Positions 1 to 9,100 of a DNA stretch of 50,269 nucleotides are shown here, piece by piece. Within the stretch, counting starts at the first letter, position 1. Each line of letters opens with the position of its first letter. A program made the position numbers and the translations under genes. A model generated the notes under the pieces. It saw only the letters and a list, made by a program, of their open reading frames with translations. It did no database searches and was not told where the DNA came from. Where the stretch lies: positions 1-50,269 of the forward strand of contig JAGNUZ010000001.1 of the NCBI GenBank assembly GCA_017986765.1. Reading direction: 5' to 3'. This DNA is from Paludibacteraceae bacterium. Lineage in GTDB: Bacteria > Bacteroidota > Bacteroidia > Bacteroidales > Paludibacteraceae.

Positions 1-252
1 ACCATAACACCTTTGTTGAAAAGAATGGAAAAAATCGGCTTGATAGAGCGAGAACGGTCGTTGCAAGATGAACGTAAAATATTGGTTTGCGTAAGCGATA
101 AAGGAAAAGAATTAGAAGAAAAAGCAGTTTCCATTCCTATGCAATTAATACAAAACTTGGGTAAAAGCAAGCTGTCAATAAACGACTTGATGACCCTCAG
201 AAATCAACTGAACGAACTAATTGATGTTTTGCAAAATAAAGAATCAAAATAG
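1..252 (+). CDS. MarR-family transcriptional regulator, C-terminal fragment (5' end lies upstream of the window)
   Basis: Frame 1 is open from base 1 (TITPLLKRMEKIGLIERERSLQDERKILVCVSDKGKEL...). The wing and C-terminal helix pattern fits MarR/OhrR winged-helix regulators. Stop TAG at 250-252. Confidence 0.6.
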   Translation, partial: TITPLLKRMEKIGLIERERSLQDERKILVCVSDKGKELEEKAVSIPMQLIQNLGKSKLSINDLMTLRNQLNELIDVLQNKESK

Positions 253-253
253 A

Positions 254-276
254 CTTACTCTTCACACTTGAGTAAG
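254..276. terminator. Weak hairpin between convergent genes
   Basis: CTTACTC (254-260) pairs with GAGTAAG (270-276), giving a 7-bp stem and 9-nt loop between the marR-like stop and the stop of the minus-strand OMP gene. Confidence 0.3.
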
Positions 277-287
277 CCCATTCTATT

Positions 288-893
288 TTAGAACAATTTG
301 AGACCAAGTGTTACAACAAATCCTTGATTTTTAGAATCGAATAACACAGGATTACCTTCTATTTCTACATCACCAATAATAGAGCTTAAACCAATAATAT
401 ATTGAACATCAAGGGTAACGGATGCAATATCGATTCCTCCTCCTAATTGAAATCCCCAATAAATATCGTTGATATCTGCCTCTTTTATGGGAGTAATATA
501 GTTAGATGTTGCCCTGCTTTCAATGGTTTTATCCACCACAATATTCGCTGTTGGTCCCATCGTAGCGCGCAAATTAAAATTACGCCCATTGATAAGTTTC
601 GCACCAATAAAAAATGGAATTTGGATTTTTTGCAAATAAACCTCTTGCTCAATTGGGTTCACCGAGCCTTCTTGTGGACGGCGAAAAACTGCTCCAGAAG
701 CAATATAATTCACTTCGGGCTGCACATATACGCCGTTGCCTACACGCATAAACACGCCAAGAATAAGCTTATCGTTCAAACTGGCACTAATATCATCTTG
801 CTTAACAGATAAGGTCTCTGAAATATACCCTACTTTGGGTCCAAAAGCGAAATTCTGTGCATACGTTGCCGACATCAGGGGCAAAGTAGGCAC
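288..893 (-). CDS. Outer-membrane beta-barrel protein (porin / OMP_b-brl-like); 5' end apparently frameshifted
   Basis: Alternating hydrophobic beta-strand pattern with a C-terminal ...VVTLGLKLF aromatic end. The ORF-track start is GTG and has no signal peptide. A signal-peptide start (ATG 916-914, MKKKLIFACLLCP*) sits in another frame just upstream. Confidence 0.6.
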   Translation of the reverse strand: MPTLPLMSATYAQNFAFGPKVGYISETLSVKQDDISASLNDKLILGVFMRVGNGVYVQPEVNYIASGAVFRRPQEGSVNPIEQEVYLQKIQIPFFIGAKLINGRNFNLRATMGPTANIVVDKTIESRATSNYITPIKEADINDIYWGFQLGGGIDIASVTLDVQYIIGLSSIIGDVEIEGNPVLFDSKNQGFVVTLGLKLF

Positions 894-928
894 GCAAAAA
901 TAAGTTTCTTTTTCATACTATATATAAA

Positions 929-1723
929 TTATTGTCGAGTAAAAAATGTGTAAACAAAACTTGCCACCACATTCTTCTGTTTATCATACAAAAATAATCT
1001 ATCCTCTTGCCTCTGATAAGAACGTACACGCTTCAAGCTTGCTAAAAAAGCGTCTTCGATATCCATTGTTTCAAAACAATATTTTCGAGTACTGCCTTTT
1101 GGCTCTATCGTTAGGGTCTCTGCATGAAGTGTATAGCTTCCGAAAAAATTATTGCATCCTCCGCTCCCAGAAACAGCAGTTTCATCGGTAAATAGTAGAT
1201 ACGGCATATCTTCTTTACTAGAAAAAGATTTCAACAATCCCTCTGAACCTTTCAATTCTATCAAAGTCCATTGTTTACCAACTAGGTTTGCGTCAAGCTT
1301 CTTCAACACATACTTTTCAGCGATGGGTGATTCGATTTTATTACACTCCATATCCAATTTCACTAACACATTTTCGCCTACCTGGTATATCGCTTCCAAG
1401 GTATTCGATAACGATAATAAACGAATGGTTCTTTCATCATCCGACCATCGGAATGAGCCTTCTGAAACGAATACTGAATCGCTTTTTCCTACATACTGCA
1501 TTGATAGCAGGTAAGTAGAATCTTTCAACAGCAGTTGTTGCTTGATACCCTCGCAATCAGCACAAGGGATTAAGCCTGTGTACACACCTTGCCAATCGAG
1601 TGCATTTTTGCTTGTATGCATATCAATTGCTGTAACACTTTCTTTCTCTGTTCCGTGTTGCTTGGTATGCGAGCAAGAGAACAAAAAGAATGAGGAAACA
1701 ATAAACATCAACACTTTATTCAT
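929..1723 (-). CDS. Lipoprotein with NlpE/CutF-like N-terminal domain fused to a META (HslJ-like) domain
   Basis: Lipobox signal peptide (FFLFSC). NlpE-N motif GVYTGLIPCADCEGI. META-domain motif SGSGGCNNFFGSY plus a repeated 'W.L..L' pattern. Confidence 0.7.
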   Translation of the reverse strand: MNKVLMFIVSSFFLFSCSHTKQHGTEKESVTAIDMHTSKNALDWQGVYTGLIPCADCEGIKQQLLLKDSTYLLSMQYVGKSDSVFVSEGSFRWSDDERTIRLLSLSNTLEAIYQVGENVLVKLDMECNKIESPIAEKYVLKKLDANLVGKQWTLIELKGSEGLLKSFSSKEDMPYLLFTDETAVSGSGGCNNFFGSYTLHAETLTIEPKGSTRKYCFETMDIEDAFLASLKRVRSYQRQEDRLFLYDKQKNVVASFVYTFFTRQ

Positions 1724-1757
1724 AGGACTATTTTTTAAAATTCAATTTAGTTATACG

Positions 1758-1790
1758 CAGAAAAACTATCCGTTAAAGATAGTTTTTCTG
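1758..1790 (-). terminator. Perfect 13-bp hairpin downstream of the mini rubredoxin-like gene
   Basis: CAGAAAAACTATC (1758-1770) and GATAGTTTTTCTG (1778-1790) flank a 7-nt loop, 14 nt past the stop at 1804. The T-rich tail is clearer on the + strand (CTTGTTTTTACTTTT), so orientation is uncertain. Confidence 0.5.
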
Positions 1791-1803
1791 CTTGTTTTTA
1801 CTT

Positions 1804-1911
1804 TTAAATCTCCTTAAACTTGCTTGCTGGTTGCTTGCATTTAGGGCATTTTTCTGGTGGGGCTTCTCCTTCGTGGATGTATCCACATACTGTACATACA
1901 AATTTTTTCAT
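1804..1911 (-). CDS. 35-aa rubredoxin-like zinc-ribbon protein (stand-alone rubrerythrin C-terminal-type domain)
   Basis: Hand translation: ATG at 1911-1909, TAA at 1806-1804, [35 protein letters not shown]. CxxC-x12-CxxC matches the rubredoxin-like 'C..CG..HEG..AP..CP.C' signature. It is below the ORF-track length cut-off. Confidence 0.6.
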   Translation of the reverse strand: MKKFVCTVCGYIHEGEAPPEKCPKCKQPASKFKEI

Positions 1912-1957
1912 CGCTTTTTGTTTTTAGTTTGTGTAATTCTATCTAGTAATTGTGTTT

Positions 1958-1965
1958 CAAATATA
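1958..1965 (-). promoter_or_regulatory. Bacteroidota -7 promoter box (TATATTTG) for the mini rubredoxin-like gene
   Basis: The minus strand reads TATATTTG, matching TAnnTTTG, 46 nt upstream of ATG 1911. Confidence 0.4.
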
Positions 1966-2045
1966 CAACAAACTTTTCAAAAACAGAAATTTATTGTTTT
2001 TTTTTATAAAAAAGAGTATCGCCTCTATAATCAGTTAATTTTTCG

Positions 2046-2053
2046 TATTTTTG
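2046..2053 (+). promoter_or_regulatory. Bacteroidota -7 promoter box (TATTTTTG) for lptF/G
   Basis: TAnnTTTG match 31 nt upstream of ATG 2085. Confidence 0.4.
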
Positions 2054-2084
2054 CACCGCATTTATTCATCCGAATACCATACGT

Positions 2085-3164
2085 ATGCTAAAAAAACTAG
2101 ACATTTATATTATCAAGAAATTCTTAGGAACTTATTTCTTGTCTATCTTGCTCATTATGAGCATTGCAATTGTTATTGATGTAACAGAAAAAATAGATGA
2201 TTTTTATGCAGCAGACTTGGATTTATCAACTATCTTGTTTGATTATTACATCAATTTCATTCCGTATTACATGAATTTGTTTAGCTCATTGTTTACGTTT
2301 ATTTCCGTCATTTTTGTCACGTCTAAACTGGCATTTAATTCCGAAATTATAGCCATGCTTGCAAGCGGTATTAGTTTGAAACGCATTTTGTTACCCTATT
2401 TTGTTGCAGCAACTGTCATAGCTTTGTTTACTTTTTACATTGGAGGCTATATCATTCCTCCAGGGAATAAAGTGCGTTATGAGTTTGAACAGCTACATAT
2501 TGATCGCAAACCGATTGAACAAACTATTCGTAATATCCAACTAAAAGTAGATCCGAATAAAATTGCCTATATGGAACGCTTTGAGCTTACAGATAACATG
2601 GGATACCGCTTTTCGCTTGATGTGTTTGAAGGAAAAACATTGATTTCGCACACCACATCAAATACCATTCAATGGGACTCAGCGAGTATGTGGACTCTGG
2701 GTAATTTTACAAAACGTGATTTTATTGACCTGAAAGAGGAGTTGAGTATTGGAGAGAAAATGTCGATGGAAATTAATATGAAACCATCAGATTTTGGCTG
2801 GTTGAAAAATCAGTACGAACATTTAACAACCCCAGCTCTAAAAAAACACATCGAAGAACAATCAAAGCGAGGCACAGTAGGTCTTAGCCTATACAAACTC
2901 GAATATGCAAAGCGTTATGCAATGCCTTTTGCGGCTTTTGTGCTCACACTCATTGGAGTATCCTTGGGTTCACGCAAAGTACGTGGAGGAACAGGCTTGC
3001 ACATTATGATTGGATTTCTGCTAAGTGTAACCTACATACTGGCTACCATGATATCAGCATCGCTCACAGTGAAAGCGGGCTTTAATCCTGCCGTAGCAAT
3101 ATGGACGCCGAATGTATTTTACTTTATTATTGGGCTTTATTTGTACAAGATTGCACCGAAATAA
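2085..3164 (+). CDS. LptF/LptG-family LPS export permease
   Basis: N-terminus MLKKLDIYIIKKFLGTYF matches the YjgP/YjgQ signature. Three N-terminal TM helices, a periplasmic beta-jellyroll segment, then three C-terminal TM helices. Confidence 0.8.
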   Translation: MLKKLDIYIIKKFLGTYFLSILLIMSIAIVIDVTEKIDDFYAADLDLSTILFDYYINFIPYYMNLFSSLFTFISVIFVTSKLAFNSEIIAMLASGISLKRILLPYFVAATVIALFTFYIGGYIIPPGNKVRYEFEQLHIDRKPIEQTIRNIQLKVDPNKIAYMERFELTDNMGYRFSLDVFEGKTLISHTTSNTIQWDSASMWTLGNFTKRDFIDLKEELSIGEKMSMEINMKPSDFGWLKNQYEHLTTPALKKHIEEQSKRGTVGLSLYKLEYAKRYAMPFAAFVLTLIGVSLGSRKVRGGTGLHIMIGFLLSVTYILATMISASLTVKAGFNPAVAIWTPNVFYFIIGLYLYKIAPK

Positions 3165-6100
3165 TTATCGAGTAAGCAACATTTTCACACTAAACCCAAC
3201 GTTGGAATTGGAGATTGGATACGATGTCATCACAATAGGATTGTTCGATTGCAAATCGTAATAGAAGCTTATATTGATGCGTTCGCTAAATACATAATCT
3301 GCTAGGAATTTTACGCTCAATATTTTATCTCCTGTTGTGGCTTGGGCATATCCCTCTTCTATTTTGCGGACAATAGTTTTATTGTCTCTTATAGAAAAAT
3401 CAGACCGCAAAGTCAAATCATTTTTCACTTTTTTTTGCTGATTGGAGGGCAAACGCAAAATAACATCAAAATTACTAATCTTATACCCTAATCCTACTAC
3501 ATATTCATCATTGCGTGTTTCGACCAACTGATTGCTCGCCAAGTTCAACACCAAATTTCGTCCTTTACGTAGTTCTACTTTTGCTGTTAGACTGTTTTTC
3601 ATATTCACATCTACACCAATAAGCGGATTGAACATTTCGTTAATAGATACACTGCTAATGCTATATTGCGAAGATGGAATTGGATTGCCCGTAAGCACAT
3701 CTTTTATATACCCCGATTGCTCATCATCGCCCACATACGTAAGGTACGAATTGTAGCTACCCACATTGTATTTAGCAGTATAAGCATGTCTCAGATTAAC
3801 ACTTCGTAAACGCTCACTTATCCATGGAATACGAGACAAACCATCGTAGGAAATTTGCCAGTTGGGCATGAGATTCCAAAAAGAAGCGAATGGGCTTAAT
3901 TTGATAGTACGCTCGTCTGAGCCCGAATATGCTGCCAAGAAGGCTGGAATAAGCACATCTGGGGAATTGAGCGAATAAGAGCTTATATTGGAGTCGTATT
4001 GCGTATCGCCCAAGCTGGCATCGGTGATAAAACCTTGGTTTGGATAAAACGTTCCTGTTCGTTCTTGTTCTAAGCGAGCTGCTATCATTGCCCTATTGTG
4101 CACGAATTTATTATACACATCTGATGAATAAGCACCATCTTTTGATATGGAACTAAAAGAGGTCGCAATAGCCAAATAGCTCATGGAAAAATTTCCGCCT
4201 ACGCTGGTTGGCATGTCGTCGTAGGAAAACTGCACTTGCTTATCTTGTACCGCTACCCTATCGGCAACAAGGTTAATCTTGAAGCCCGCAAGAGGCTCTA
4301 CCAATGCCCTAATTTGAAATTCTTGTGTATGCTTGTAAATGGCAGGATTTAAGGTATTGTTGTACACCAACCAATCGTTAGCCATGGCTCTATTTACAAA
4401 ATTATCGTCTTGCAATCCGAACACAAAATCCCAGCCTGGCACCATTTTGCCATTGTAATTATCCAACCCAAATACTTGTACTCCTGGTTTAAATCCATGA
4501 ATAGAAGTACCGTCTGTTTCCGTATAAGTAAACGAAGCATTTCGCAACATCATTAATACACGCGAGGAATAAGACATTACTTTTGTTGCTATGTCGGCAT
4601 TCTGGCTTGTGCGTGGCTCAAATAACAAGGACAATTCGCCGTCTATTTGTGGCAAAAACGAAAGAGAATTTGCATCAATAGAAGTATAACGCAGGTTGTA
4701 TATCCGTCCGTCTGATTGATTCTTAACGATTGGTTTAGCGTCATTCAGATTGTGTCTAATAATGACTTTTTCGCCTTTGACCACAGTTACAATTTGCTCA
4801 AACTTTTTCGTTGCGGCCGTAGTTTGAGAGCTTGATTGAGGACGGGAAGTACCGTACTGGCGATTAATCTCTCGCAAATATTTCGATTTATTATATAGCA
4901 TTTCAAAATTGAAACGACCGTCCAGATTCCATGCCCCTTGATTATAAATAGTATTTCCTAAACTTTCATTATCAATTACAGTACCATATTCCCAATTGTA
5001 ACTTCCTGTATATTTAACATTTGAAGATACCCAATTCACTACAGGAACTTTACTAAATGGCAATGCCCATGTAGCATTGGCACGTTGATTATACGAATAC
5101 GGATTTCCTAAACTAAGAATACTCGTAACAACGGAATCTTTCCATTCTTCGTATTCATCGGGATATACTTTTCGGTTTACGCCACCTTCATTTTCTGTAA
5201 TGCGAGCCTGATTACCAGAGCTAAAAGACAATTTGATGGAACGAGTTAAATCCCAACGAATATCAGTTTCGGTATTCCACATAAATTCTTTTTGGAATGA
5301 CGTGGGTAGCAGGTTATTCATATCTGAATCTGCCAGATTTCGAAGTTTTTGTTCATAATAATAACGTACCATGCTTGTCTGAATCGAAATTCGATTCGGT
5401 GCATAATAGAAATTAATATCACGTATCAACTGCCATGCTGGTTTCGATAAAAATTTCACTTTCGCAAAAGGCTCTACTGGTTTTGGGTTCCATGCATATT
5501 CGTATGCCACAGATGCTCTATAATTTTGCTCATTATCAATATCTGTTGTCGGGTTTTGCCTATCTGTTTCTGAATACGCATAATTCAATGTTACGTTAGC
5601 AGGGTCGTAGGGCATCGGTGTTTTGCTCTTAATACCAATATTCACATTCGAGAAGGATACACTTTTGTTCGTTACCACATCCAACGACCGATCTCGAATA
5701 GAATCCCTTTGACTTTTCAGATCCGTAGCGTCTAGGGCCTCTTGTAGCAATACGTCTTTGTCCAACGGATTGTATTGAGGTGTCGATACTTGCTGTGCAT
5801 AGGAGTAAGCGATTGGCAAACGCACCCGTGATCGTTGAGGAAAGAATCGTCCTAAATCGAACACAGTAGAAAGATTGTACTCGTAATAATCGTCAATACG
5901 CCTGTCCATTACGTTTTGCTCAATGCCTCCAAACCCAACAGTTTCTACCCGACCTGCAACATTTATCCTACCAAAATCAGACAGATTAATTCCTAAATTA
6001 CCTAAGGCAGCAATACCTCCCTCTTCGTTAAATTCCGTAAGGCGTAATTCATTCACCCATACTTCTGCCGACTTCACCGTACGAGAGGAGTTCGTCACCC

Positions 6101-9100
6101 CAATCATAATCACTTCCACTTCACCTAAATTTGGATTCCCTACTATGGTCATTTTATTCGAAGGTTTTGTGGGGTCGTACTGAAAATACGGTGTAATATT
6201 CGAGACAACAGAATTCATTCTGTTCTTCTCTTGATTCCGTTTTACTTTCAAATCAGTTAACAAATCCATTGAAAAATCCAGCATATTCTCAGAAGGCCAT
6301 ACCGCTTCTTGGTCAGAAGGCTTGCTTGTAGAATAATTTCCTGGATCAGTTAGTCTAAGCGGTATCTCATATTCGTAATAATTATTCTTAAAATCAGAGC
6401 CTAAGCGAATAAATACACGCATCTCACTATCGTCAAGCTGTGTGATATTGTCGGCCAAAGCCTCAGCATGAACAAACATTTGCAAACGTTTATACTGACG
6501 CATATCAATACCCGCACTCTTATATACAGCTCTGGCATCGCCTGGAGACAAATTCAATACACGCATCGATAATGCTTGTTCGTTGTCTTGGCGTATTTGT
6601 TGCTGACTTGGGTCAATTACCCGTGTAACCCCAGGAGGTAGCACATAGTTAACAGGCGTTTTGTCTGCATTTTCTTCAATATTAACAGCTGACATAGAAA
6701 TTGAAGCGGTAGAAGTAGGCGTTACATCAGGAGTGTGTAATTCTTTGGTATAGGTTTTCCATTGTCCTTTTACCAATTGCAAGGTAGCAAAACGCAACAT
6801 CACATCTTCTTCAAAATCAGTTAAAAACATCCGCATAAACCGAATGGATTTAAAATCACGAATACCTCCTATAGCGGTGTAATTTTCCGCATCGCGAATT
6901 GGAATTTTAAACTGATACCATTTCACAATTTCAGTTTTTCCGTTTTTCAACTCTACAGTGGCGTTTACTACATCGGCGATAAAATTCTCTCCTACTACCA
7001 TATCCTCAGGTCGCAACGAAACTTTATATTGATAATATTTTTCGTATTCATTGAGGGTATTATCGTTGTTAATATCCTCTACATCTGGCAAATTTGTAGC
7101 AGACGAAGTAAAGTCCTCATTGGTATCGGCTTGTGCTGGCGAATTACCTTCTGTGCCATTGTATCGTTTGTAGCGATTGAGTACACCCGTTTGTTGTGTG
7201 TCGTAGTACGAACTTCTGTAGTGAGAAAAATTATCGCCACCAGGGTCGTTCAATGGCGAAAATGGGTCGCTTTCAAAACCTTGCAACGCACCTGCAGTAA
7301 GCGTAGTACGCACTTGTTCGATAAAGGTACGGTAAGTGCTAAACTCAAATTCTTCTTCAGTCGTTAGTCCATTTAAGCCTACATCTTGCTTTTTGCGAGC
7401 ATTATCCTCGTTATTAAAAGCATACACTACAGCTTGCCTCGATGGCACTTTGCCCCATACAGTGCTTTCCGCTACTGGTTGAGTTTCCGTTACCGGCAAT
7501 CCGTTCTCAAAAAACTTTCGACCATCTTTCAAAATATCTTCCGATACATCTCCCAAGTTAAAATACAAATCGCCGCCTTTCATCACATTCAAGCTATCAT
7601 ACACAAAAGGGTCGAGCACCCAAAACTCCATATATTCGATGTTGTTGTTTTCAAAATCAGTAGTTTCTAAACGCCTCATCATACCACCCCATTTATCTTT
7701 TGGATTAGCAAGCGTTCCATCCGCATTATAACTAAATGGGTCAATATTATAAGGACCTCTTTCATTGGGATAAAAAGCCATATTCAATGTTTGAATATAT
7801 CCTGATTGTCCGTACATCAATTGGCGATTAGGGAATATTTCTCGTTCACGAATTTCTCTTACAAAATGGTTAGACAATTGCTCTTTGTCGTTTTTAATGT
7901 GCAAAGGTGTACGCGAGGTGTTGCGTGTAAAAATGGGGTCGATGTAATACCATGCCAACAACGCTCTATTTTTACCATATTCAATATCATTGACCAATCC
8001 AGCTTCGGGAAATAAACCACCAGAAGGATGATACGGTGTACTTGCCAATTTCCATGTATGCGGATGCCGTACATCGAAGGCTATTTTGGTTGATTCAAAA
8101 TCATCAAGGTAAGCAATACCTTGTTCATCAATGGTTTTAGAATGACCTGGTATCATTTGTGCAAACTCTGCATTAAAATTAATGCTAGATGGTTCTGTTA
8201 CATTCAGTAATGGAATTTTATCCAACATATTGGTAATCCATTGCGATTGTGTAGAATAGGAGGTATTTACACCCCAAATAGTATTCGATATAGGTTCATT
8301 GCCCATTAACACTTTTTGAGTAAGGGGCTTTTCTGACAAGTGCATAAAAGTAGCCCCCACGTTAAACTTATCGCTAAAGGCATAATCTAAATGCGTACCC
8401 ACCAATGTTTTGCGTTGCATGCTAAACAGCGATTTATTTTCTAAGCTAATGCTAATAGGAGCACCCGACTCCACAATGGTTTCGTTGAGAATATTCACCA
8501 CGCCCATCATATAATCGACGGTATAATCGGTATTTTCAATCAGCTGACGACCACCTGCAGTTACCTTTACCGAACCCTGCGGCACGTTCATAGCATTCAG
8601 GCGAATTTCTGAACCAGAGGATGAGCGATATTGACCTACAAGTCTAAATTTATTTTTTTCTGCCACCTCTTTGGCTACAACAATAGTAGAATCGTATAAT
8701 TCTTGAAATACAAATTCGTCAGCAATAGCGTTATTCGCAAATGCTTGGCGTAAGTGCGAGCCAAAAGGTTCAACTACAGGGAAGATAATACGTCCATTTT
8801 CAGGATAAATAGTAAAGTTCTCCACAAAATCGAACACCCCATCGGGATTTTGCTCTGCACGAGAATCGAGCCTATCCAAATTCATCACGCGAAGGAGGAT
8901 AGTGTTGGCAATTTGTCCTTTCGGAATATAATTCAAATCTACCCCTGTAGAATCGCTTCGATAGGTAATGTCTAGGCGAAATTTATCTTTTTGTACCTGA
9001 AAAGCACCCAATGAATAAATATTTTTCATCATTAAATCCCACATGGGCACATTGGGCGATTGCGAAATACCTTTCAACAGTTTAAGCGTAAGCACATTGG

